A DNA stretch of 60,358 nt from Pseudomonadota bacterium (GTDB lineage: Bacteria; Pseudomonadota; Alphaproteobacteria; RF32; CAG-239): positions 1 through 60,358 of the forward strand of contig JAUNIW010000004.1 in assembly GCA_030523245.1 (NCBI GenBank), read 5' to 3'. The position numbers and the translations under genes are program-made. Under the pieces are notes generated by a model. The model saw nothing but the letters and a program-made list of their open reading frames with translations. It did no database searches and was not told the DNA's origin. Shown here one piece after another: positions 1 to 10,202 of the stretch (the stretch's first letter is position 1; every line of letters begins with the position of its first letter).

Positions 1-30
1 AATAAACAAAAAAATAAAATAATTATTATA

Positions 31-62
31 AAAAAGAAAAAGCCTTGCAAAAAAACAAGGCT
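31..62 (-). terminator. intrinsic terminator downstream of tRNA-Thr
   Basis: Hairpin AGCCTTG-N8-CAAGGCT (41-62). On the minus strand it is followed by a T-rich run (complement of 31-40). Confidence 0.55.
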
Positions 63-70
63 TTAATAAA

Positions 71-146
71 TGGTGCCGGTTAAGTGACTCGAACACTCGA
101 CCCACGCATTACGAATGCGTTGCTCTACCAGCTGAGCTAAACCGGC
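71..146 (-). tRNA. tRNA-Thr (anticodon CGU)
   Basis: 76-nt cloverleaf folded by hand on the reverse complement. Acceptor GCCGGTT/AACCGGC, D stem GCTC/GAGC, anticodon stem ACGCA/TGCGT with loop TTCGTAA (anticodon CGT), T arm GAGTG-TTCGAGT-CACTT, encoded CCA. Confidence 0.92.
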
Positions 147-198
147 AAATACAATAATACATAAAGCACTTTTTTTTATTTTGCAAGCACTAACTTTA

Positions 199-2610
199 TT
201 ATTGTTCGCCTTTTTTGAGAGCGTAGAATTGATTTTCCTGAGCAACTTTCTCACCGGAGTGAACAACAATTTGCGGGAACGGAATTTCAATACCTTCTTC
301 AATAAAACGTTTGTTAATCGTAAAACGTAAATCACTCGGAACAACCCAGCCTTTCCAAATGTCATTAGTGTAACAGCGCAGTTCGAAATTTAAACTGCTG
401 TCGGAAAAGTCTTTGAAAAGAACGTAAGGTGCCGGATTTTTCATGACATATTTATGATTTAGTGCGCATTCTAATAAAATTTTGCGAACTTTTTCTACAT
501 CAGAACCATACGCAACACCAACGGAAACACTTTGGCGCGAGATATTGTCCCCATGTGTCAGGTTAACAATGGAACTGGACAGCAATGTTGCATTTGGAAC
601 AATAACGCTGGTGCGGTTAAAGCTTTCCATTTCGGTTGAGCGGATATTTATTTGTTTGATTTTTCCTTCTGTTCCGTTCATTATGACCCAGTCGCCGACT
701 TTGAACGGACGTTCAAACAGGATGATGATACCGGATACAAGGTTTTTGATAACGTCCTGCAAGCCGAAACCGATACCGACGGATAAAGCACCGGCGATGA
801 AAGCAAGGTTTGTTAAATCAACGCCGACGGCAATAATTGCCAACAGTGTCGAGATGATAAAGCCGACAAAGCTGATACCGGATACCAGAGAGTGTTTTAT
901 GCCGTCATCAATATCCATGTTGTTGAAAACATTATTGGCAAGATTTTTTTTGATAAGTTTGACAATGGTCAAAGAAATAAAAAATACCAGAATACCAAAA
1001 GCAATGGCAATTAAAGATATTTGTACACCGCCGATTTTGAAACCGAACAGCAATTTTTTGCCCATTTGCAGCATAAAATCGCCCGGAAGCCCCCATAAGT
1101 TGAGCAAAATAAAAATAAGGGTTAAGACTAAAACCGGATTGATGAGCGAAGTCAGCCAGAATTCTATTTTGCTGATATTGCGTTTGGTAACGCGAATGGT
1201 TTTCATCCATGGACTTGCGAGAATCAGGCGTTTTAATATATCAATAAATGCCCGACGGAAAAGCTCAAATACGCCGCAGATAATGGCTGACAGTATGAGG
1301 TTGCGCAAAATAAAGGAGGAAAGTTCCGGATATCCGACTAAAGATAAGCCGAATGTTGTAGCAAGCAGCAAGTTGCTGGCAACCATAATTTTAAAGCCGC
1401 TGTCCAGAGAGTCTGTTTCATCATCATTTTCTGATGTTTGTTCTACGGAAACAGTATTCATTTCACGATAAGTGTCAACAGCAATTTTTATTATCCAAAT
1501 CAGGAAGAATGCTTTGATTGCACAGGAAACCATTGTCAAAAAATGAACCGTGTCAACAGGGTAGTTTGTTTTTTGGGCAACAATAACCTGAATTGTGGCT
1601 ATGGCATTACAAATAACAAACAAAAAGATTACCCGTGTAAATAACAAGGCTTTATCATTCGGAATATTTATCAGGCGCCATTGCTGATAATGCGGTGCAA
1701 AGGTCACACGGGAAATCGTTGCTTCAATAATAGCCAGAAAAGACGAGAATCCGGTAATGATTAAAAGGTGTCCCAACAAGCTGTCACCAAAAATTTTGGT
1801 ACTGACCATCCAAATCATGCAGGCCCCGACAAAAGCATCGGGAATCAGCCCGCGGGCAATGGCTACAGCGACGGCGGCAACAACTTTCCGGCTGAAATGC
1901 GGCAGTTCTATATCTTCTTTATAACCCCAGTGGTTCAGAATATATTTACGCAGAATAATGGCTACAGCCAGAGCGGCTATTAAAATCAAAGCCATGGAAA
2001 CGATACTGAGAATTGTATAGCTGCGGTTTTCTTTAGGGACGCTTTGATACCAGTCAATAGGGGATTTTGTGATGTCCCAGAAGAAAATGGCATAAAGTTT
2101 CAGGCTGTTGAAAAAGACCATAGGGTTGATTAAGGCGGATTGTTTGGTGATAAGATCTCCGTAAACCTTTTTGCTTCGGGCATTGAGGATTTGCGCGTTT
2201 AAATCTTCAATTTTTACGGTCAGTAAATCCGCTTCTTTCAGGACACGGTCCGTTGCTGTCAGCTCCGAAGACAGGGCTGTCCTCTGTTTGGTTATGACTT
2301 TATCTTCTGCAGCGCCTTCCTGAGGTTCACCGAGAGCATCAAGTTGTTTTTGAATATATTGGATGTCTTTATTCAAATTTTTGCGTTTGCTGCCTAAATC
2401 TGCGTCTTGTTCACTTAAATAGCTGATGTATTCGTCTATTTTATCGGAAGTAAGACTGTCATTTTTGAGGGCGTTGTCAATTTTCTCAAGCTGTTTGTTT
2501 ATACGGTTAAAGTCTATTGACGATATGTCATTATCGGCAGCATGAGCCGAAACCAGACATATTCCTGCAAAAAACAGGGAAAATAACGCAGTTTTGAATA
2601 ATTTAATCAT
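199..2610 (-). CDS. large mechanosensitive ion channel, MscS superfamily (MscK/MscM-like)
   Basis: 803-aa ORF with an N-terminal signal peptide, a long coiled-coil-like soluble region, many TM helices, and a C-terminal MscS-type core (LVSGIIILFERPFKVGDWV). Confidence 0.85.
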   Translation of the reverse strand: MIKLFKTALFSLFFAGICLVSAHAADNDISSIDFNRINKQLEKIDNALKNDSLTSDKIDEYISYLSEQDADLGSKRKNLNKDIQYIQKQLDALGEPQEGAAEDKVITKQRTALSSELTATDRVLKEADLLTVKIEDLNAQILNARSKKVYGDLITKQSALINPMVFFNSLKLYAIFFWDITKSPIDWYQSVPKENRSYTILSIVSMALILIAALAVAIILRKYILNHWGYKEDIELPHFSRKVVAAVAVAIARGLIPDAFVGACMIWMVSTKIFGDSLLGHLLIITGFSSFLAIIEATISRVTFAPHYQQWRLINIPNDKALLFTRVIFLFVICNAIATIQVIVAQKTNYPVDTVHFLTMVSCAIKAFFLIWIIKIAVDTYREMNTVSVEQTSENDDETDSLDSGFKIMVASNLLLATTFGLSLVGYPELSSFILRNLILSAIICGVFELFRRAFIDILKRLILASPWMKTIRVTKRNISKIEFWLTSLINPVLVLTLIFILLNLWGLPGDFMLQMGKKLLFGFKIGGVQISLIAIAFGILVFFISLTIVKLIKKNLANNVFNNMDIDDGIKHSLVSGISFVGFIISTLLAIIAVGVDLTNLAFIAGALSVGIGFGLQDVIKNLVSGIIILFERPFKVGDWVIMNGTEGKIKQINIRSTEMESFNRTSVIVPNATLLSSSIVNLTHGDNISRQSVSVGVAYGSDVEKVRKILLECALNHKYVMKNPAPYVLFKDFSDSSLNFELRCYTNDIWKGWVVPSDLRFTINKRFIEEGIEIPFPQIVVHSGEKVAQENQFYALKKGEQ

Positions 2611-2618
2611 TTTTTATC

Positions 2619-3623
2619 CTACTTTTTTAGCAAGTTTTTTAATATATTGCAGACATTTTGCGCCACGCCGGCCCGCAAATCATCAGCAACGCACCAAAAA
2701 CTAAATCCGTTTTCGACCGAAACATCCTGACGCAGACGGCTGACATAAACATCATTTTCTCCCTGAACGTCATTGATGGATACATATCCGCAATCGACAT
2801 GCTTATCAAAGACAACAACGCCTTTTGTATCACGCATCTGGTTGCGAATCTGGTCAATATCAACATCATCGGCACATTCGACATTAACAAATTCACCGAT
2901 ACCTATAAAGGCCGGAATGACAGCGCAGTTGGCATGGACTTTAACATCCGAGCCTAAAATCTTTTTGATTTCGACATTTGTTTCCCATTCATACTTTGTT
3001 TCATCGCCGATAAATTCGCCAACCTGCGGCAAAACATTAAAGGCCAGTTGTTTATGGAAAATTTTTTCGTCATCGACAATTGGCTCGTTCATAAATATTT
3101 TACGGGTTTGGGCAAACAATTCATCCATGGCTTCACGTCCGTAAACGGATGCTGACATATAAGCATTGATAACAAGTCTTTTAATCTGATGATTTTCGGT
3201 TATTTTTTGCAATGGCAGCATAATTTGTGTTACCTGGGGTGAAGGAACGGCAATAATTCCTTTTTTAGCGTCGGCAGTCTGGGTATCGTTCAAACCGGAA
3301 ATTATGAGAGGAACATTGGCATCTGCCGCGTGAGCCGAGGAGCAGTCAATTACCAGAGCTTTTTTGTTGACGGCATGAGGAATATAACGTTTGGCAATTT
3401 CTTCGCTGGTGGCAAAAACAGCAGTTTTGACGGAAGAAAAATCAAAATCATCTAAATTCCATACATCCATATCAACATCTTCGCCATAAGAAACCTGTGT
3501 TCCGAGCGGACTGTTTGTATCTACGGCAAAAATAGTGTCGGCAGGTGTGCCGTTTTCTTCCAGAAGGGTTAAAATTTCACGGCCTAAACTATTGTTTACG
3601 CCGACAATAGCAATTTTGTTCAT
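2619..3623 (-). CDS. aspartate-semialdehyde dehydrogenase family protein (USG-1-like), probably non-catalytic
   Basis: 334-aa ORF colinear with the Asd/USG-1 family (KIAIVG N-terminus, IIAVPSPQVTQ, FWCVADDLRAG C-terminus). The expected active-site Cys and His positions are substituted (see findings). It lies 8 nt upstream of the channel gene. Confidence 0.8.
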   Translation of the reverse strand: MNKIAIVGVNNSLGREILTLLEENGTPADTIFAVDTNSPLGTQVSYGEDVDMDVWNLDDFDFSSVKTAVFATSEEIAKRYIPHAVNKKALVIDCSSAHAADANVPLIISGLNDTQTADAKKGIIAVPSPQVTQIMLPLQKITENHQIKRLVINAYMSASVYGREAMDELFAQTRKIFMNEPIVDDEKIFHKQLAFNVLPQVGEFIGDETKYEWETNVEIKKILGSDVKVHANCAVIPAFIGIGEFVNVECADDVDIDQIRNQMRDTKGVVVFDKHVDCGYVSINDVQGENDVYVSRLRQDVSVENGFSFWCVADDLRAGVAQNVCNILKNLLKK

Positions 3624-3707
3624 AATGAGCCTCTTTAAAAAACTTCAAATTATGCCGGCATTATAAAACAAAAATATTTACAAATAAATAAAGAATGTAA
3701 AAAAATA

Positions 3708-5114
3708 TCAGCGTTCGGCAGAATTTTTCATGGCAATATTAACAATGCCGGAATTTGTTTGCTGCTGCGTTTTTGTTTGTGTGATATTTTCGTTTTGAGC
3801 AGTTTTACTCAGGGCGGCAGAGATACGTCCGCTTAAATGCAATAATTTTTCAGGGTCGGACATGAGTTTTGCAAGAGTTTTTTGATCTTTTTTCTGAGAC
3901 CCCGGCAGTTCCTGACTGATTTGTTTGCCTTCTTCCAGACTGAAACCGGTTTTTTCCAGAGTTATCTGATTGGCTTCTTCCATACATTTTTCTGAAAGTT
4001 CAAAATCTTCGGCGGGTAAATATTGCGAAAGCTTACCGATTTTTATGCCAAATTCTTGTAATTTCGTATTTTCATCAAAAGAATCAAACATTTCATTTAC
4101 TCTTTGTTTATAATCTTTTTCATTTCCGATGATTAAACCGACCGTATTAGCTGAACCGTTTTGCATTTGATTTATTGTTTGGTCTTCATAAACTTTCTGA
4201 TAATCTTTTTTCCACATTTTGATGGTTCCCTGCACCATCAGCTCTTTGGCTTCTTTACTGTCAGGATTAAGGCCTTTGGCAACAGCATCTTTATAAAAAG
4301 AAAATTGTTCGCTAAATTCTTTTAATGTTTCTTCCTGTGTTTTGCCCGCAGACAAAGCTGTTTGATATTTATGGTTTTCTAAAATAAGTTGAGCCAGATT
4401 GGCAGAACATTCATCCCAGCAGTTTAGTTTTCCATATTCTACAGTGTTTAACCCCGGAGCATAGATATTATTCTTATCGTTTACTTTATGTTGATTTTCG
4501 TGAACAGCAATGCTTTCTATCTCTTTTATGCTTTGGTTTAGATAAAGATTTTTATAATTTTTTTTGGCTTTTTCCAGTCTTTCGGTATTGATTTCTTCGC
4601 CGTTTTTTATAAATTTCAAATCTTTAAAGGCTTCATCTATTTCTTGCGATGTTCCGGAAAAAGAAATCTCTGTAATATTTTTTTCTACGGAAGAATATGA
4701 ACCTAATATAATTTTTCCTTTCTCATTATATTCTTTTACAAAATCCTGAGGAGATTTAACTTTTGATTCATTGGCCGGCGCATTTTTAAATGCTTCTTCT
4801 TGTTCGTTTTTATATTCCTTTTTCGCTGATTTTGTTGTTTTAGAATCATAGAAAGCTAAATCATCTTCACCGGTGAAGATTGATAATTCAACTTTGTTAT
4901 TATCTCTGACATAGTAAAAAGTTCTGTTGCTATCGAGAGGAATTTCCAGTTCTTTGATTTTGCCCTGTATAAAGTCTTTCGTTTCTTTTTTGATTTTGTC
5001 TTTTTGCTGAGCCGTTATGTTTGCCGAAGCGTTTGCTGCTGTTGCCATAATCAGAGCCAGTGATATCGTTGTGCATTTGGAACGCATAAAATTTTTAAAT
5101 GATTGTTCAGACAT
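3708..5114 (-). CDS. hypothetical secreted protein with HExxH motif
   Basis: 468-aa ORF with a signal-peptide-like N-terminus (TTISLALIMATAANASA). It is Lys/Glu/Asn-rich and has a single HENQH motif. The DNA is visibly more AT-rich than its neighbours. Confidence 0.7.
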   Translation of the reverse strand: MSEQSFKNFMRSKCTTISLALIMATAANASANITAQQKDKIKKETKDFIQGKIKELEIPLDSNRTFYYVRDNNKVELSIFTGEDDLAFYDSKTTKSAKKEYKNEQEEAFKNAPANESKVKSPQDFVKEYNEKGKIILGSYSSVEKNITEISFSGTSQEIDEAFKDLKFIKNGEEINTERLEKAKKNYKNLYLNQSIKEIESIAVHENQHKVNDKNNIYAPGLNTVEYGKLNCWDECSANLAQLILENHKYQTALSAGKTQEETLKEFSEQFSFYKDAVAKGLNPDSKEAKELMVQGTIKMWKKDYQKVYEDQTINQMQNGSANTVGLIIGNEKDYKQRVNEMFDSFDENTKLQEFGIKIGKLSQYLPAEDFELSEKCMEEANQITLEKTGFSLEEGKQISQELPGSQKKDQKTLAKLMSDPEKLLHLSGRISAALSKTAQNENITQTKTQQQTNSGIVNIAMKNSAER

Positions 5115-5214
5115 GGCAATCTCGTTTAATTATTTTATAATATGTTTTATTATAGCATAATAAAGACAAAAGTACAAGAGATTGTTTTCGGCAATAAAAT
5201 CAGAATTTTGTACA

Positions 5215-5242
5215 ATAAAAAAGCACCCTCGGAAGAGGGTGC
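5215..5242 (-). terminator. intrinsic terminator after the 167-aa hypothetical gene
   Basis: GCACCCTC-GGAA-GAGGGTGC hairpin (5223-5242), followed on the minus strand by a T-run (complement of the A-run 5217-5222). Confidence 0.7.
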
Positions 5243-5263
5243 TGTCAAAAACGTTAGGTAAAA

Positions 5264-5767
5264 TCAGAACCCGTAAAGGGGATGAGAAAAGCGATTCCAA
5301 GGCTGATAGTCTTGTTCCATCGCCAGTTCTTTCTGAGCCTCGACAACCTCCTGACTGAGAGGTGTTAGTTTGCGTCTTGGCTTTTTCGGCGCATAAGACA
5401 AAGGCCGGTAGCGTTTGAAGCCGCTTATGGTATCTTTGATGCCATAAGTCACGCCGTTGATGCGGAAGTTGTCTTTTACCTCCGTTTCTGCGGCAATGAC
5501 AGAAGGGTCAAACACTTGAGCCGAACCGGTTTCTATATCGACGATAACGGCCAGCGTGCTGCTGTGCTTGATGAACGCATAGAATGGTACAGAGGCGTGT
5601 TTTTTGAATGCCGGCACGCGTAAAACCAGTTTTACAAGGACTATCTTGGTGCAGGTACTCAGGTCGACACATTCCGGATTCTTCTTATCGAATTCTGCAA
5701 AGGTCTTTTCTGCCTTCTTGTTAACCAACATGCTGTTCAGCTTCTCGAGACAAATGATCTTACTCAT
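5264..5767 (-). CDS. hypothetical protein
   Basis: 167-aa ORF with its own downstream terminator. No motif recognised and no obvious SD. Confidence 0.65.
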   Translation of the reverse strand: MSKIICLEKLNSMLVNKKAEKTFAEFDKKNPECVDLSTCTKIVLVKLVLRVPAFKKHASVPFYAFIKHSSTLAVIVDIETGSAQVFDPSVIAAETEVKDNFRINGVTYGIKDTISGFKRYRPLSYAPKKPRRKLTPLSQEVVEAQKELAMEQDYQPWNRFSHPLYGF

Positions 5768-5861
5768 AAAAAAATAATTTAAGTTAAGTTAATAATATGA
5801 TTATGAATATATATTTAACATATATTTTTGGCAAAATCAAGAGAAATTTGTCAAAAAATTT

Positions 5862-7448
5862 TTAATATCGGCAATTTAACATTAAATCAAGATGTTGCTT
5901 GTATTCTACGGCGGAAATGCCACCGATTCCAAGTAAGGTATGAAAGATGTTGTCATGTGAAAAAGCTTGTGCCGCATTGTTCTTCAGACATTGTTTATCC
6001 AGTTTAAATGCTTCAAAGGCCGAATCGGCTGCCCAAATGAAAAAAGGAATATGTGTTTGTTCTTTCGGTGCAATAACATAAGGTGCGGAATGCAGATAAA
6101 TATTATATTCTCCCAGAGATTCACCGTGGTCGGAAACATAAAATAAAAAGCTGTTGTATGCCGTATAATCCGCTTTCAGAGCCGAAATGATATCGGCAAT
6201 GTTTTGTGAAGTGTAAAAAATGGTGTTGTCGTAGGTATTTTTTATTTCATCTGAAGAGCATTGATTTAATTTCTCTGTATTGCATACAGGCGCGAATCGT
6301 TCAAAATCCTCGGGATAGCGTTTGTAATATGTCGGGCCGTGGCTGCCGGCCTGATGCATAACCAATATGGTATTTTGCAAAGGAGCCGCTAATTCTGTTT
6401 TCATGGCTTTTAACAGAATATCATCAAAGCAGGTTCCGGGAGCGCCCGAACAAGGCTGTATAGTCTTTATACGCGTGCATACGCCTTTACAGTCGCTGTT
6501 ATTTTCAAGCCAGATAACCCGCCAGCCGTTTTGATTGAAAATATCCAAAATGTTTCCGGTATAATCCAAACTGCCGGTATCAAACTCGGTGCGGTTTTCT
6601 TTTGAAAACATACAGGGTACGGAAACCGCGGTGGAGGTGCCGCAGGATGTCATATCGGTAAAGTTTATGATTTCATTTACATAAGGCATCAGGGGAGCAT
6701 TGGTGTCACGGTTGTATCCGTTTAAAGAAAAATTGGCGGCTCGTGCCGTTTCGCCGACAATAAAAACAATAAGCGCCGGTTTTTCATTCTGCCAGTATTG
6801 TGTAAAATGAGAGTCTGTACCAACAGGGATAAACTTGTGGCTGGCACGGAGATTGTGTTTGGTCATTGAAGAAACGGCACCGATATAGTTGATTGGTATC
6901 AGTGTATATTTTACCGGTTTATGATTGCGGATAAACTGGATTGTATTTTTGCTGTTGGGGATAATAACAGCGGCAATCAGTACCAGTCCGGCAGCAAAAA
7001 ATTTTAACCGGAAACTGAATTTTTTGGTTGTGAATTCGGTATAATAAATAAGAACAGACGGCAGCACACCCCATAATAAAATATAGAAAAACAGCTTGAA
7101 ATTGAGAAGTTCTACTGTTTCGTGAATGTTTGTCTGCAATACGTTACGCAGCATTTCTTCGTCAATGGCTATATTATAGTTTTTTACAAAGTAAAATACG
7201 CCGCTATTCACTAATAAAAACAGGACGGATAATGGTTTGACAGTCCATTTCCAGAACAAAATCAAGCCGCAGAGCGTTAATAAAGCCCAAACAACAAGAA
7301 ATGTACCTATGGTGAATAAAGTACTTTGGCTTAAGCTGTCGATTTTTTCAAAAAAAACGCCGTTAAAAACAAGCAAAGTGTATAGCATATACAATATACT
7401 ATACACTTCAATATTGAGTGAAAAGGTACGGAACTTGAATTTTGACAT
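5862..7448 (-). CDS. phosphoethanolamine transferase, EptA/MCR family (sulfatase-fold)
   Basis: 528-aa ORF with five N-terminal TM helices and a periplasmic sulfatase domain. Contains IVGETARAANFSLNGY and the catalytic-Thr motif SCGTSTAVSVPCMFS. Confidence 0.88.
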   Translation of the reverse strand: MSKFKFRTFSLNIEVYSILYMLYTLLVFNGVFFEKIDSLSQSTLFTIGTFLVVWALLTLCGLILFWKWTVKPLSVLFLLVNSGVFYFVKNYNIAIDEEMLRNVLQTNIHETVELLNFKLFFYILLWGVLPSVLIYYTEFTTKKFSFRLKFFAAGLVLIAAVIIPNSKNTIQFIRNHKPVKYTLIPINYIGAVSSMTKHNLRASHKFIPVGTDSHFTQYWQNEKPALIVFIVGETARAANFSLNGYNRDTNAPLMPYVNEIINFTDMTSCGTSTAVSVPCMFSKENRTEFDTGSLDYTGNILDIFNQNGWRVIWLENNSDCKGVCTRIKTIQPCSGAPGTCFDDILLKAMKTELAAPLQNTILVMHQAGSHGPTYYKRYPEDFERFAPVCNTEKLNQCSSDEIKNTYDNTIFYTSQNIADIISALKADYTAYNSFLFYVSDHGESLGEYNIYLHSAPYVIAPKEQTHIPFFIWAADSAFEAFKLDKQCLKNNAAQAFSHDNIFHTLLGIGGISAVEYKQHLDLMLNCRY

Positions 7449-7471
7449 CAGAACACGACCTTTATTTTTTG

Positions 7472-10099
7472 TCAGGCTATCATTTTTTTGATAGTGTCGA
7501 TAGCGTTGTTGATTTTTGATGTATCCGAACCGCCGGCCTGTGCCATATCCGGTCGTCCGCCGCCGCCTTGTCCGCCGACAACAGCCGAAGCAGCCCGAAC
7601 TAAGTCAACGGCATTGTAGCGTGCGGTTAAATCTTTGCTGACACCTACAACAACCGAGGCTTTTTCATCTTTATCCGAACATAAAACAACAATACCCGAA
7701 CCGATATTCTGGATGATGTCGTCAACAAAAGCTTTAAGTTCTTTCGGATGCGCACCGGAAACAAGTTTGCCCACGAATTTTGTACCGTTAATCGTTTCAA
7801 CTTCATCTTTTGCCGAAGCATTTCCGGCAGCCAGACTCTTTTTCAGATTGAATATTTCCTGTTCCTGTTTTTTCCGTTCTTCCAATAAGCTGTTCAAACG
7901 GTTTTGCAGGTCATTGATATTTGTTTTCAGGGTTGCGGCAATATTGTGCAATTTGTTTTCCGTATCACGGACATAGTTATCCGCACCAACGCCGGTCAGG
8001 CATTCCAAACGACGAACGCCGGCGGCTACGGCAGATTCTCCGACAATGTGAAAATAGCCGATGTTGCCGGTTGAGCAGACATGGGTTCCGCCGCATAATT
8101 CACGGGAAAACGGCTTTTCTTCATCACCCATTGTTACAACACGGACATCTTCGCCGTACTTTTCATCAAACAAAGCCATGGCACCGAGTTTGACTGCTTC
8201 GTCTTTACTCATGATAACGGTTGTAACAGGTAAATCACGGCGAATCTGTTCATTGACGATATCTTCAACCTGACGCAGCTGTTCGGCTGTGATTTGTTTT
8301 GGATGTGAAACATCAAAACGCATTCTGTCCGCTTCTACCGCAGAACCTTTTTGAGCAACATGGTCTCCTAAAATCAATTTAAGGGCTTTGTGTGCCAAGT
8401 GGGTTACCGAGTGGTTGGCGCAAATGCGTTTGCGGTTTTCTTCATTAACTTCAAATTCGGCACAACTGCCGGTTTTTACGATACCTTTTTCCAGCTCGCA
8501 GACGTGAACAAAAATTTTATCGAGTTTACGTTTGGTGTCGATAACTTTAGCCGAGAAATCCTTTGAAACAATCCGGCCCGTATCACCGACCTGACCGCCG
8601 CATTCACCGTAAAACGGTGTTTGGTTGGCAACAAGTTCGAATATACCGGCAGAAACTTCGTTTACTTCTTGGTTATTTTGGACAAGTGCAACAATTTCAC
8701 CATTGGATTTTGTGGTGTTGTATCCTAAAAATTCTGTCGGTTTTACTTTATCTTCCACGCCGTACCAGATTTTTTCCACGGCCGTATCGCCGGAACCGGC
8801 CCAGTTTTTGCGGGCTTCTTCTTTTTGACGGGCCATGCAGGCATCAAAGCCCTGCGTATCGACTTCTATATTTTTATTTTTAAGCGCATCCTGCGTTAAA
8901 TCCAGCGGGAAACCATAAGTATCGTACAGTTTGAAAGCTGTTTCGCCGCTTAATTTATCGCCGCGGCCTAAATGAGAAATTTCTTCATCAAGCAGTTTTA
9001 AGCCTTTGTCCAAAGTGCGGCCGAATCGTTCTTCCTCAATTTTGATTGTTTCTTTAATGAGGTTTTCGCGGGTATAAAGTTCCGGATAAGCTTCACCCAT
9101 TTCTTTTTGTAAAGTCGGCAGAAGTTTATAAATCATCGGTTCTTTGACACCCAGCATATAAGCATGACGCATTGCCCGACGCATAATGCGGCGTAAAACA
9201 TAGCCGCGGCCTTCGTTTGACGGTAAAACACCGTCGGCAATCAAAAAGCTTATGGAACGCAAGTGGTCTGCTATAACATTGTGCGAAGCTTTCAATGGTC
9301 CTTCCGGATCAGTGTTGGCCATATCAGCAATGGCTTTAACCAGATGTTGGAACATATCGGTATCAAAATTGGAGTGAACACCCTGTAAAATTGCGGCAAT
9401 ACGCTCCAAACCCATGCCGGTATCTATGCTCGGACGTTTTAGGTTTATGCGGGAACCGTCAGCCAAATCTTCAAACTGGTCAAAAACCAAATTCCAGATT
9501 TCAATATAACGGTCGCCGTCTTCTTCCGGTGTTCCCGGCAGACCGCCCCAGACTTCCGGTCCGTGATCGTAAAAAATTTCGGAACAAGGACCGCAAGGAC
9601 CGGTATCACCCATCTGCCAAAAATTATCTTTGCTGTGAATGCGGATAATTCTGTCTTCCGGTAATCCGGAAACTTTTTTCCATAAATCATGAGCTTCTTC
9701 GTCATTATAATAAATCGTCACGGCCAATTTTTCTTTCGGCAGGCCGAATTCTTTTGTTAAAAGCTCCCAGGCAAAAGGAATAGCACCTTCTTTAAAATAG
9801 TCGCCAAATGAAAAATTGCCGAGCATTTCAAAAAATGTGTGGTGACGCACATCATAGCCGACACTGTCCAAGTCGTTGTGTTTTCCGCCGGCCCGCACGC
9901 TTTTTTGTGCCGTTGTTGCTCGCGTATAGCTGCGCGTTTCATTGCCTGCCAGCACATTTTTGAATTGAACCATGCCGGAGTTTGTAAACATTAAAGTCGG
10001 GTCATTATCCGGAACGAGGGATGATGACGGAACAACTTTATGGCCGTTTTTGGCAAAATATTCCAAAAAAGTTTTGCGGATTTGATTTACACTAGTCAT
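7472..10099 (-). CDS. alaS: alanine--tRNA ligase
   Basis: 875-aa ORF colinear with AlaRS ([10 protein letters not shown], editing-domain HxxxH/CxxxH region CGGTHV, C-terminal DHHA1-like [13 protein letters not shown]). Confidence 0.97.
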   Translation of the reverse strand: MTSVNQIRKTFLEYFAKNGHKVVPSSSLVPDNDPTLMFTNSGMVQFKNVLAGNETRSYTRATTAQKSVRAGGKHNDLDSVGYDVRHHTFFEMLGNFSFGDYFKEGAIPFAWELLTKEFGLPKEKLAVTIYYNDEEAHDLWKKVSGLPEDRIIRIHSKDNFWQMGDTGPCGPCSEIFYDHGPEVWGGLPGTPEEDGDRYIEIWNLVFDQFEDLADGSRINLKRPSIDTGMGLERIAAILQGVHSNFDTDMFQHLVKAIADMANTDPEGPLKASHNVIADHLRSISFLIADGVLPSNEGRGYVLRRIMRRAMRHAYMLGVKEPMIYKLLPTLQKEMGEAYPELYTRENLIKETIKIEEERFGRTLDKGLKLLDEEISHLGRGDKLSGETAFKLYDTYGFPLDLTQDALKNKNIEVDTQGFDACMARQKEEARKNWAGSGDTAVEKIWYGVEDKVKPTEFLGYNTTKSNGEIVALVQNNQEVNEVSAGIFELVANQTPFYGECGGQVGDTGRIVSKDFSAKVIDTKRKLDKIFVHVCELEKGIVKTGSCAEFEVNEENRKRICANHSVTHLAHKALKLILGDHVAQKGSAVEADRMRFDVSHPKQITAEQLRQVEDIVNEQIRRDLPVTTVIMSKDEAVKLGAMALFDEKYGEDVRVVTMGDEEKPFSRELCGGTHVCSTGNIGYFHIVGESAVAAGVRRLECLTGVGADNYVRDTENKLHNIAATLKTNINDLQNRLNSLLEERKKQEQEIFNLKKSLAAGNASAKDEVETINGTKFVGKLVSGAHPKELKAFVDDIIQNIGSGIVVLCSDKDEKASVVVGVSKDLTARYNAVDLVRAASAVVGGQGGGGRPDMAQAGGSDTSKINNAIDTIKKMIA

Positions 10100-10202
10100 T
10101 GTACGTCCCTAAATTTTAATTAAATTCTTTTTATCGGGCATAAACTAGCGCAATCTTATAGTGTTGTCTAGCAGAATCTTTATTGTTTTTTCAAAAAATA
10201 TA

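Noticed and set aside
63-365. 100-aa minus-strand ORF
   Set aside because: It runs through the tRNA-Thr gene and into the 3' end of the channel gene, and its translation is junk-like.
482-1471. 329-aa plus-strand ORF
   Set aside because: It is antisense to the MscS-family channel gene and shows no motifs. It is a typical shadow ORF in a long gene. The same reasoning applies to 13066-13512, 27879-28418, 29787-30314, 35224-35667 and 37919-38380.
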